DNA of 64,000 nucleotides from Vitrella brassicaformis CCMP3155 (Eukaryota > Protista > Chromerida), in NCBI GenBank assembly GCA_001179505.1, contig CDMY01000292.1:67574-131573 (forward strand). Reading direction: 5' to 3'. The notes beneath the pieces were generated by a model, which saw only the letters and a list, made by a program, of their open reading frames with translations, was not told the DNA's origin and did not search any database. Made by a program: the position numbers and the translations under genes. Of this stretch, positions 1 to 11,445 are shown piece by piece (the stretch's first letter is position 1; the number at the start of each line of letters is the position of its first letter).

Positions 1-3000
1 TCTGCGTGCTGCTTCAGCATGGCGCGTCCCCCGACAGCATGCGCACTGACAACCCCATGCAGCGGCGAGCATACAGCTTGGTGTCGGACATAGACCGAGA
101 GATGCGCCAGCGGCCCCCTCCCCCATCCCCCTCGCCCCGCTGCCCTCCCCCCATCGTCGAGTTCTCGTACCCCCCCCGCCTCACGGCAGCAGCAGCAGCT
201 CTCGGCAGAAGTCAAGCAGGTGGCAAAACCAGCCAAGACCATGGCCAATAAGGCGAGCAGCACCGACTCTGTGAAAGTCAGTGCGGTCAAGAAGGCGTCC
301 ACTCCTGGTGGGCTGATGGATACGATCGGCTTCGCCTTCGAGGTCACCGGCCTGCAGCACACTCAGTGGGCGGCTGCCGCGACAGACACGGCACTGCAGA
401 CGGCACTGTCAGCCGGGCGGGCCGTCGTGGATTCAGTGGTGGCCTCATCCCAGTGGGCGGAGATTGTTCGTCCGACAGACCCCATAGACCCCGGCAAGAA
501 CATGCTGACCTACTTGCAGCGAATCGCAGGTATGCAGGCGGGGAGGCGGGCGGGGCAAGGGAAGTGGGTGCGTGCTAATCCTTGCCTTTCCCTTCTCTTC
601 CTATGTTGCGTGCTAATCCTTGCCTTTCCCTTCTCTTCCTATGTGTGACAGAGTCTGTGAACACTGAGCAGCAAGCTGCTCGCGATGCGGCTGCTCCTCA
701 TGCACCAACCCGACCCGACCGACCCGCCCTTCTCCCCACCGCGGTGATTTTCATCCGGTCGGTCATGGGAGCAGATATACGAAGGCGTGACTTTTCTCGC
801 CCGTCGACCGAAGAGCAGTTCGCCTTGCGGCAGCTGAGGACGGCAACCGAGGCCACCTGTGGCGCCGGCGGGGAGCGTGTGGGACTCAAAATGGCTACCC
901 ACGATGCATTCGGCTCGGCCAACTTGCCCGTCGTGTGGGCTGGCGCAGTGGGCTTCGAGGAGCTGACAGAGGCGTGCATGAGCATGTTTGCCATCCTGCT
1001 GGGCGGCCTGTCGAAGTTCCAGCGGCGCGCCATTACGAGCGTAGCCAATTGTTGGGAAGATGCTCTTCAAGATGCCTTCGAAGGGTCCGCAGCAGCAGAC
1101 AGTGGTCTTCTCGCACTCCCAGACACTCCCAGCAAGGTGAACCGACAGACGTGCTGCGCATCGGCTGACCCACTCATCCTTCCCTTGTGTGTCGTTCTGT
1201 CTGATCTGACCAGTCTGGCGCTGCTGTGTTCACAGGCGTCTCATCGTCCTCGTCGTCGGCCGCCCCGCCCCCCATCTCACCCCTCCCGCCCTCATCCCTC
1301 GGCCTTCCAGGCTGGATGTCGCCAGACACCTCACGTCCATCATCGTCCGGCGTACCTCAGCCACGCCTCAGCGGGTCAGCTGGGTCGGCGTCCCACCGGC
1401 CGCTGTCGTTTGAGGAGGACGTGCAGCGGGCGACCAACGTGGCCGGGATCCTGGTGCGGCTTCTCCGCCTCGTTGCGGCCGCCATGCCAGGCCAGGGAAG
1501 AAGCTTTGACGGCCTCGCAGTCTGCAAGAAGCGATCAGCCGGCGGCCGTCCTGTCGACACCATCGGCTTCGACTTTCGCGACGATGCTGGCGTGACCTTC
1601 TGGGCTCGGTCGCTGTCGGACGCCAGTGTGTGCCGGGCGCTGCAAGATGCCTGTCTATCGCGGGGCCTTGTCATCGACATCGCTCTCCGCCAGCCAGAGA
1701 TTGACTCCGGGTGGATTGATGGCGATTCAGTTTGCCACGATGTCACTGCCGAGGCCCCCGATGAGGCCGCGCCTGACGTGGTCGTCTTTACCGCCCAGCG
1801 CACGGATGTCGATGGCACGCTGGTCGCCATCGTCCCGGCCCACTATCGGTCTCGGCCTCAAGTGTGGCGTGATGGTGGTGCTGCAGAGCAAGCCGTCGCA
1901 ACTGCCCGGAGGCTGGTGGACACGTGCCATGAGCAGCAGGGAGGAGAGGAGAAGCCGCTGGTGGTGGTCCAAGAGGATCCGGCGGGGCTGACGGCAGCGC
2001 AGTCCTCCATCAAGGTTGGTTTTGCCGCGCACATGCCCTCTGTGGGGGTGCTGATGTCCAAGGACGCCGTCAAGCGGACCTGGGCGGCCTCTTTGGAAGC
2101 GTCGGATGTGAAAGTGGCACTAGTCACGCTCACCTCTGCTGGGACAGGTACTCACGCAAGAGTACCAGTAAATAGTTCGCCATCCCTCTGGCTGCCACTG
2201 TGTCTTTGGTGCATCTGTGTGCAGGTGCTGAGAGTGCGAGTGCCTCCACTTCGTCATCCTCATCGGCCGCCCCGCCCCCCATCTCACCGCTGCTGCCCTC
2301 AGCACACGACGGCACCATGGGCAAGAAGAACAATACCAAGACCACCATCCACGCGAGCAGCAACCAGCCACTCGAGACGAGAGCAGCGGAGGGCGTCGGG
2401 CGGCTGGCAGATGGGGGCATCACAGCGGGTCGGCGAGGCAGCGGGCGGCAGGGGCACTCTGCCGGCAAATGGGTGTCGTCTGAGGCGATGGATGAAGAGA
2501 CGGCCCGGTCACCGACGAGTGCACACAGGTGGGCGGTGGCCAGACAGCCGCGGAGAGGGCAGCAATGCCATGACCATGGTTTCCTGCCGAGTCTCAGTCC
2601 TCTGGTTGACACCATGGCATCCTCATCCTCATCTGCTGCGCCCTTTCTGTAAGCCATGCGCCACAGTGACAGTCAACAAATAGAGTCAACAGAGGACTTG
2701 TCTTGGTGTTTTCGTTTGTCAGTGCGCCGGTCGCGGATGCATCTCCGTCTAACGCTGCTGGGGCGTCGACAAATCTCAGACTGCCCAAAGGCAGCAACAG
2801 GGTACGCAATTTGCGAGGAATGAGACTCAGTATATATGGGGAATCGATTCACATGTCCTCTGTCCCTTGCGTTCTGTTTTTCAGGCATCTGAGAATGGTG
2901 TCAATGCTTCTCATTTGGAGCAAGTGGAGAGGCTGCTGGGGCCTCAAGGCCTTTCTCTGGCGAGCTACGACATTAAATGCGAGACGCCGGAGGCCACGAG

Positions 3001-6000
3001 TGCCTCTGCCTCTCGAGAGCTGCTGTGTCGGACCATGTGCCGCAGCCTCACAGGTGACGAGGTCTTGCGGCTGTGTCGAGAGGAAGGAGCGGATGCGACT
3101 ACGACGCTTGAGACCAAAGGCCGCAGCCAGTGACGGTTTTGAACGGTGAAGGGGAGCCACTGATCCACCACCTCCGGCCAGCCCCTGTGAGCGTGCTGTG
3201 CCTCGCAGTTGACGACGAGTTCGACAGCCGTCCTGCCCTCTGGTCGGCTGTGACCCAGCGCGTCAAGCTCCCCGCGTGGCCCTCTCGCCGAGTGCAGCGA
3301 GATGTCCTGGATGCGCTCGTCAAATGCGGTGCTGACGTGAATGGAGGCACGCGATGCGTCAGGCCCCTCAGTGTGGCCCACATGATGGCCAACGTCACGG
3401 CGACCGAGGTGCTGCTGGACAGTGGGGCTGCTGTGCGTGATGAAGGGGATGATGCCCCGCTGGTCAAGACGTCGGATGGGACACAAACAAGATCCTCGGG
3501 GCTGGCGATCGGCTTCACCCCCAGAAATGCAGCCCCGTCACATCCCACACCTGCATACGAGACAGCCCTGCTCGAAGTCTATCGTCGGCTGTTCGAGTAC
3601 GAACGGACACTGGCGAGCCGCCACTTCTCTGGGAAGACGGCCATGCACCGTGCCTGCCTGGCCCCGCCCGGCTTGTCGACAGCCTTCATGCGCGGCTATC
3701 TCGACTTGTTGGAGGCCAATGGTGCCTCCCTCGATGCCAGAACCGATAATGACTCGACGCCATTGAGCATGGCTGTGAGGTGTGGTGACGCTGGCCCCCC
3801 AGTGGTCGAGTGGCTGTGTGAGCGGCTCGGGCCCGACGAGATAAACAGCGAGAACAACAATGCTGTGGGGCTGCAAAGGACGGCACTGGGTGCGGCGGCG
3901 CATCGCCTCGCGGAGCAGCTCAGCGAAGAGGGGACCCCGCCCGAAAAGATCGACCGGCAAAGGCAGATCATCCGCACACTGCTGCGATATGGTGCGGACA
4001 TCGGCCTCCTCCCCACCGACCATTCCAGCCGGCGATACGCGCGCAACCTAGTGCTGGAGATCCAGCAAGGGATGCAGCAGTCTGCGGCGAAGGGTGCGGG
4101 TGGCTCTGAGGCGAGTGGGTCGTCAGTGCCCTCCACCGCTCCGTCCACAAGGTAAGTAGGCAAGAACCATGCACACCAACTGCGGCTGACGAATGTCTTA
4201 GTGTTTCTCTCTATGGATGTGTGTGGTGTGTGTGTAGCCGGTCAGGTGCTCCGATCGACGAGGACGCCCGTCAGCCGTCTTCGTCAAGTGCCCATACGTG
4301 AGCCGTACACTCAAACGACGCGATGGACAGCGCCATATCATCAGTCTTACATCTTTCGTCGCTCTTTGTGGCTGCTCTCCTCTTTGCAGTAGTGCTGCTG
4401 TGGCCTCTGCTGCTGCCAGTGAATCTGCCCCTGTGCAGTCGACTGCCGAGAGATGGAAGGACGCTGGCAATGCTCTGTTTGCGGCCGAAAAGTATCTCGA
4501 CGCCTACTGCTCGTATCTCAAGGTGCCCCTCACACAGTGACTGTGACGTATGACCCGTAGATGGACACGGCTTCCTGCTGTTGTCTCTCCATATGGTGTC
4601 AGGGCATCCGAGCGGAGCGTGAGACTATCGCTGAGCTGCTCATTCGCCGCTCCCAGTGCCTCATCGGGCTGGGGAGCTACCTCGCTGCCTTCATCGACGT
4701 CACCACCGCTCTCCGCATCCTCCCGCCCCCACACTCCATCGAGCCAGGCGGCAAGTACGCCATCCTCCAGGAGAACGCCGTGAAGCTCTACAAGCCCCTC
4801 ATCGCGCAGCTCACCGGTGCAGCTTTCAACCATGATGACCAGGACGTCGATCTGCCATCGAAAGAAGCGATCGCGGCACTCATGACGGCCGCCATGATGC
4901 AGCTGTCGGCCGCTCGACAGACCGGCCGGTCGTCGAGGCACCGCAGCAAGTGACGGATGCGCTGACGGAGGGCGCGGCGCTGCAGGACAGCGAGAGATAT
5001 GCCGATGTGCGTGACGTCTTCACTGCTGGTCTGGCGGCCGCTGATGTGTCGACCCTCGTGGCACTGCTCTGCAACGCGGCTGCGTGTCTGCTCAAGCCCG
5101 ACTTGATCAAGGAGGGAGGGCCGGATGCCGTCGGCTGTGCGGCCGCCGCCTTTCATCTGAGCTGCCTCAAGGGGCCCTGTGAGCAGCTGAGTGTCATCCA
5201 GCAGAAGACGCTCATTCGGCTGGGCCAGGGGCTGCTGGCGGAGCGGCTGTTCGACGCTGCCGATGCCGTCGTCCAGGCGCTGACCAAACATGTAAGCTGC
5301 CGATGGGACGCTCATTAGATGGTGACGATCGTGTGGCTGTATGTGTGTGTCTTCCAGGATCTCGAGCGTCAATTGGCCACAGACGTCAACAAACTCCAAG
5401 AGCGAATCCGCACCCACGCGGCCAACGCCAGCGGAGAGTATGACTGGGCGGCCATCTACCGACAGGCAATGGGCAACGCACAGAACAAACAGAACGGCAG
5501 ATCGACAACCACCGTCGACGTGGCTGAGTACGTCGGGCCTCTCGCCATCCGCCACGCCCCCGACAGCCAGCCGGCCCTCATCGCCACAGCAAAAGTCCGG
5601 CCGGGGCAGCTGCTGATTGTCGAGAAGCCCGTCGTGGTGGAGCGGCCATCGTCCTCGCAAGACAGTAGGCGAGTCGACGAGAGGCTGTTGGAGCGCCTGA
5701 CATCTCAGTGTGACGTTTGGCACCCCCGGCTGGTCTCTCAGCTGTGCTGTCTGCCGCCCAGCAGGGGGCAGCCATCGGCCATAAGGGGGCCCCCCGCCCC
5801 TGAGACGTGTCTGGGGCTGCCTCCAGCCTATTTTCCCCTGGTGCCGCGGTTCATCTGGTCCGCCACCGGGGAGGAGTTCGGTTCTCCCGTGGCACAGATG
5901 GACCGTGACCCTGACCGCCTCCGCCGGCTGCTGCATTTCAACATCCGCACTGCTGACGATATCATTGACACCTCCATCCAGGGCTCGGTTCCTCCGGTGC

Positions 6001-6767
6001 TCATGGCAGGTGATACAATGTGAGACGAACAAATGGCTGAGGTGGATGGCTTTTCAATGGGTTTCCCCTCGGTCTTCTTCTGCTTTGCAGGGGGCCTGTG
6101 GCCGTTGGCATCGCTATTGAGCCACGGCGGACTGAGCCGCAATGCCATCTGGTAGGGACGCCAGTGACACGCAGAGATTTTGAAACCATGCGTGCAAGAC
6201 CATTTATCTGATGGACACAGGTACGTTGTGGAGGAGAATGTGATGGTCGTTCGTGCTGTTCGCCCTATCGCCCGCGGCAACGAGGTCACCGTCTCCTACT
6301 GGGACCTACTTCACTTCCCATCCCAAGAGAGGGAGATAGCACGCCACTATCAGCTGCCCGAGCCCCAGTACAGCCCCCACGTCCTGTCGGTCATCGAGCA
6401 AGTGCAGCAGCGGCTGAGCTCCAAGGGCTGGCGAGAAGTGAGCGACCTGCGCGAGGTGGACGAGATGCTGCAGAGGGTGCGGGGGCTGAACATCGAGACC
6501 CTCCTGATATCGAGGCTGCTGCAGCTGCGAGCATTCATCTTCTACGAGATTTCTCGGAAGGAGGAGGCCGCCAGGGCCTTTCGTGAGGCGATCGACCACT
6601 CGCGGTCACTGCGGTCTGATGACATATCGGACCTCTCCCTCATGGCGGCGTGCGTGCGCTTGACGAGGAGCAGCCGAGCCAGAGCGGCGATTGTGGACGA
6701 GCTGAAGAGGTCGTCTGAGCTGCTGCTGGGCACGAGCGAGGCCGCCGACATCCTCTGGCCGTCTTGA
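1..6767 (+). CDS. 5'-partial multi-exon chain: ankyrin-module tail + two copies of an unknown ~60-aa repeat + second ankyrin module + TPR repeats + SET domain; three apparent frameshifts (possible pseudogene or assembly errors; could also be more than one gene)
   Basis: Splice phases match at every junction checked: introns 530-651, 1137-1213, 2148-2224, 2649-2722, 2802-2884, 4152-4237, 4298-4389, 4523-4602, 5292-5357, 6010-6090, 6152-6220; stop TGA 6765-6767. Ankyrin motifs (VLLQHGA; GADVNG; TPLSMAVRCG; LLRYGADI), TPR-like ERWKDAGNALFAAEKYLDAYCSY and LLIRRSQCLIGLGSYLAAF, SET motifs LIATAKVRPGQLLIVEKP, GLWPLASLLSH and VVRAVRPIARGNEVTVSY. Frame breaks without splice sites near 115-125, 3116-3120 and 4918-4925. 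Confidence 0.7.
569..644 (+). repeat. Perfect 38-bp tandem duplication inside intron 530-651
   Basis: tgcgtgctaatccttgcctttcccttctcttcctatgt occurs at 569-606 and 607-644; the unit contains a CTAAT branch-point-like motif and a pyrimidine tract. Confidence 0.95.
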
Positions 6768-7803
6768 CTCTCTCGCCCTTGTTCCCAGGCTTGTTTGCGG
6801 GCGGAATAGGAGGGATATCGGGGGCGGTGCGTGTGTATTTGTACATGTGTCCTCATGTTCGCACTCATACTGTGAGCAGCTCGATATCGATAGCCATGTG
6901 TGTGTCTTATGCTCCGCTCTGTCTGACTGATGTGGCGCATCAGTGGCTTGCTGGCTGGCCGATCCGTTTACTTGCCACACGACCAATGTGCCACACGACC
7001 GTGTGTCACGTCGTCATAACACACGTCGGCACATGTACATGTATGTATGTATGTGTGTGTATGTATCTGCGGGAACCAAGCGTACGTTCGAGTGCTCTCG
7101 TCTCCCTCTCCCTCTCCCTCTCTTCGTCTCTCTCTGTGTGTGTATGTCAGTGACGGGTCGATTCGTCGTTTTTGCTGCCTCCGTCTGAGTTCGCTGTTTC
7201 TGTCTGATGGGGGTGCTGCTGTTTCTCATGAGCCCAGCAAGCCAGCCAACGACAGAAGCTTTCCCCCCGTCGAAGCGGCGCCAAATCACTGACAGTCACG
7301 CGGACAAAGACAGACAGCAGGACGAAGGTCACCGTGTGTATGCGTATGTATTTGTGTGTGTGCATGGTCGCCTCTCGATTCCACGTCTGGGCTGTGCTAG
7401 CTATATACGTGTGTGTGGGCCGAAAGTCCCTGTGCGAGACGTTTATTCAGAGAAGCCTTTTTATGTATGTCTGTAAGAGCGCGTCCTGGTCGCTCAGACA
7501 GACAGACCGAGTGGCAGACAGACACACCGAGAGACACACAGATTGTTGGATGGATGGATGGTTCATCCATTGTCAGTGCGCGGAGATTGGGGGTTGCCTG
7601 TGTACGGGGAATACGAGTACCCCAGCCAAAACGTAAAATTGGCATGCCCTTGATGGATTTAATAGGTGTGGCAAGATGTAGGTGTGGCTCTGTGTTTATC
7701 GTCAAGGTCGGCCTCAAGCCCTTGGAGAGAATCTTGTCCTTCATTTCCCTTCATTTTGTTCCTCTTTGCTGCAGACGGCCGGTGCTTGCCGTTCCCCGGT
7801 GAG

Positions 7804-10603
7804 ATGTCCGAGGAGCCCGGTACACACATCGTAGTATGGGCCCCGGAGTGGGACCCTGCGCTGCAGAACGCCGATTCTCGCGGCCTGAGGGAGCTGCTCG
7901 AGCCCCAGGGCTGCTCTGAGCTCCGCATCAGGAGCGACGACGGCAATGAGCCTGCGACAACGGAGCTGGCAGCCGGAGTCGCCTGCCGAACCATCACATC
8001 GGCTGAGGATGTCACTCGTCTGTGTCAGGAGGGGGCCGACGAGGACCTGGGCCTTGAGCTGCATCTGGGGTCGTGCCATCTGCGGCCTGTTGGATTGCTG
8101 TCCTTGGTCATCATCGACGCCATCATCGGCCAGAATACCGACGCGCGTCTGACCCTCCCTCCGTGGCCATCCCGTGAGCTGCAGCAGGCGGTGCTCGAAG
8201 CATTCCTAGCGGCCGGGGCCAATCCCAACGGTCGGCCGGATGAAGGCTTTCGACCTCTGGAGGCGGCCCACGGGTGCGGCAAGGTCACGGCCGTCGACGT
8301 GCTGCTCAGGGCTGGTGCGGTGACCCACGGGCTGCATCTGGCTTGCCTCAAAGACACCTGCCACATTCCGTCCCCTCCATGTCCCCAGTACGAGGCCGAT
8401 CTGCTGAAAAACTATCATCGTCTGTTCGAGCACGACCCGGCGCCTGCGGACGAGGAGTACTACATCAGCGACAACAAGCAGACCCCCATCCACGTGGCCG
8501 CAGCGCACGAAGCCGAGCGGGGGGGGATCATGTCGCATGGCTTCATATGCGCCTACCTTGCCCTGCTGGCCCAACACGGCGCTTCCCTCACTGCCAGGCA
8601 GGCAAACGGGTACACGTCCCTCGGCACCGCCGTACTCGTGGGTGCGCCATGGGTGGCGGAGTGGCTGTGCGAGCGGCTCGGGAAGGAGGAGATCAACAAG
8701 ACGCGAACAGACGTAGAGGGCGTCATGATCTCGGTGCTGGAGCATGCCGGGCTTTTGCTGTCCGACCGTCTGAGAGACAAGGCGGCACCGGAGGCGGTCG
8801 ACAGGGCCAGGCAGGTGATCCGCACACTGCTGCAGCACGGTGCGGACATCCGGCTGGTGCGGAAAGCCTCACCACACCAGCGCTACATCCGCAAACTCGT
8901 GCAGGACATCCACAACGACATCCCCAAGCCCAGCGCCCCACTACAACAGCAGCAGCAGCAGCAGCAGAAGGAGAGTGATGCCGCCAAAGCGGCGAAGATC
9001 GCCGCTGAGCTCATCAGGGGAGAGGCGAGGGACAAGGCCAAGAAGGCCAAGAGGGGCGGCAAGAAGGGCGGCAAGGGCAGCGCACACCAGCAGCAGCAAC
9101 AGCGCGAGCAGCAGCGGCCAGTATCGATCGAGTTTGAGCCGATTGATGACGACGAGGCATCAAGCAGGTGGACTGACCCATAAATACACCAGTGGCGAGC
9201 CGATCGAGAGGAAAGCTCTGTGTTCTGTCTCTGTGTGTCGTTCGTTAGTGTGGCCACTGGTGCTGTCGAGACCGACGCAGACGAGCAGCCACCCTCCACC
9301 TCATCTGCCGACCCACAACCGTAACCACACACAGCCACAGTGAAGCGGCCTCATTGCCTCACTGACACGCTCTCTCCCTCTCCCTCTCTGTGTGTGTGCA
9401 GTGCTGCCTCTTCATCGTCGTGTGATGTTTCATCTGCCGTCCCTGCCCCCGCCACGTCGCCTGTCGATGGTGAGGAGAGCGATGGCGAGTTCGTGCCCGT
9501 CGTCAGGGGTCGTAAGAAAAACAAAAAGCGAGACAGCACACGCCCACACCTCCAGCCAGACCAACAAGAGCCGGCCCCCACACGCCAGCATGCAGCTCTC
9601 ACCCAAACACAGCCGCTCAAGTAAGCCGAATGTCATACTCACTCGGATGGCTGCCCACTCCATGTGTGCATCCGTGTGTGTTGGTGTAGTATTGGTGGTG
9701 GGCCTTTCTCGTCGTCTGCTGCACGGCGGCCTCCTGCTGGCCGTGGGCTGTTCACTCACATGCCCACCCAAACACGCGCACACCGGTACACACACACATG
9801 ACAGACAGACAGAGATATGTGCATCATCTGTGTGTCATGTTTGTGTATCGTGCTGTGTGTCAGCGGCCCCCCGCCCCTCGTCCCGATGGCTGCTATGCCG
9901 CCGTCCATGGGCTCCTCTGCATTGCCCCCCCGACCGCAGCAGCCCCCTCCCCCCGCACTTGTGCGCCCACTCGCCCCATCTGTGCGTCAGGGTGCCGATC
10001 GACCAGCAGCATCGCCCAGCACCATTGACACCAACACGGCATTGGCACACCGGACGCCTGTATCGGCCGGCGGCAGCTCTCACGCAGAGAATGCACAGGG
10101 CGGATTTGGGACGACCACTGACGGTGCTGCCGAGCGTCTGGTGGGTCAGCTCCGCCAGCAGCTGAGCCAACAGGATCAGGAGAACGACGCGCTGATACGG
10201 CAGCTTCAAGAGGCCGAATGGAAGTGAGCCAATCGACATGAGACCGACATCCATCCATCTATCCATGTATCTCCTTCCCCGTGTGTGACACTACCCCTCA
10301 GGCTCGCCCAGGCCACCTCAGCATCTTCCAGCAGTGGCGGTGAGGATGACGCTCTGAGGTGTGACGACTGCATGGACAACTACAAGTCCATCCTGCTCAT
10401 CCCGTGTGTAAGCACACACAAACAAACACTTTTTTTGTATGGGCGTTATCGTCTCATGTTTCTTTGGTGCCCATGTGTGTATGCAGCGCCACATCTGTCT
10501 GTGTGGTGGGTGTGCTGGCGTGTTGATGACCCGCCCCCCCGCCGACCGTCTGTGCCCGAGGTGCCGACAGCCCATCACAGACACACAGCAGGTGTACTTG
10601 TGA
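7804..10603 (+). CDS. Ankyrin-repeat + coiled-coil + C-terminal C3HC4 (IAP-like) RING finger protein, putative E3 ubiquitin ligase (paralog 1)
   Basis: ATG 7804 (MSEEPG). Large exon to 9167 with ankyrin motifs (AGANPNG, TPIHVAAA, TSLGTAV, LLQHGADI), poly-Q and a K/A-rich helix. Phase-consistent exons follow at 9249-9320, 9402-9620, ~9689-9788 and ~9864-10223 (QLRQQLSQQDQENDALIRQLQEAEW), then RING exons CDDCMDNYKSILLIPC / RHICLCGGCAGVLMTRPPADRLCPRCRQPITDTQQVYL; stop TGA 10601-10603. Confidence 0.88.
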
Positions 10604-11445
10604 GTGAAGTGAAGCGAAGCGGATGGCGGGGAGGGAGAGAGGAAGCCGAGGGAAGTGAAGTGTTTTGGTGGTTGTAGCGTATCTCATGTGTCAGTAGCAC
10701 TCTCGTGTGAGTAGGTAGATGTTTCCGCATTGCCAGTTCCCTCTCATTTATCATGTCTCTTTTGCCTTCCGTGTGTGTGGGGGCGTGACTTAGCTGTCTG
10801 TAGCTAGCTGTTTATCGGTAATGCCGTACCGTACACACGGACGTTTATCCATCTGTGTACTCTGTATGTAGGTATTTGTATGCATCGCACAATGAGAGTC
10901 TTTCTGTGTGTGCCACGGGCGCTTCTGCAGTCGTCGAATGAGCCTCATGGACTTTATGCGACGTACGTGGTGCAGTAGGTAGACAGACATACAGACAGGT
11001 AGGTCCTTCGAACTTTGCGTGTGAAGGTTCGTCCTCCCATTGCCACAGATGTCATATACGCTGACTGCATCGCTCTACTTACCACCCCTCTGCTGTATCC
11101 CCAGCTGGGCGTCATCGTTCTGGCAGCTGGCATGAATGTACGACGGCAGAAAATGGCACAGTGGTCCATCTACAACACCGTGAGGCTGTTCGGATGTCCT
11201 GCTTTCGCCGGAAGAAGGCAAGAGATAAGGGCAACCACGAGCTCGCGGATTCCGCCCTAACCCGTTCTATGAAACCGCTCCCCGCCATTGCCACTCTGAC
11301 CTTTCTCCTCGTTTAAAGCCCTTTGCCGTCGCGCGGAATGGCCCTCAGCTGTTCCCGCAACGACTGTCGTCCCCCCTGACCAAGATCTCCGAGATGAAGC
11401 ACATCTTGTTTTTCGTGACGCGACAACACTAACAGTGCCTGGGTG

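Noticed and set aside
3110-3133. Euplotes-style programmed +1 frameshift at AAA
   Set aside because: That signal needs AAA directly followed by a stop. Here AAA is followed by GGC and the required shift is -1.
4788-6032. 414-aa minus-strand ORF
   Set aside because: Antisense shadow of the GC-rich TPR/SET exons; no motifs of its own.
7666-7803. ORF-track N-terminal extension of the ankyrin gene (also 58699-58893)
   Set aside because: Starts at non-ATG codons and runs through a pyrimidine tract and AG acceptor conserved in both paralogs; read as intron/5'UTR.
11015-11294. Short ORFs between the RING gene and the 11446 gene
   Set aside because: No ATG-to-stop model with matching splice partners or recognisable motifs.
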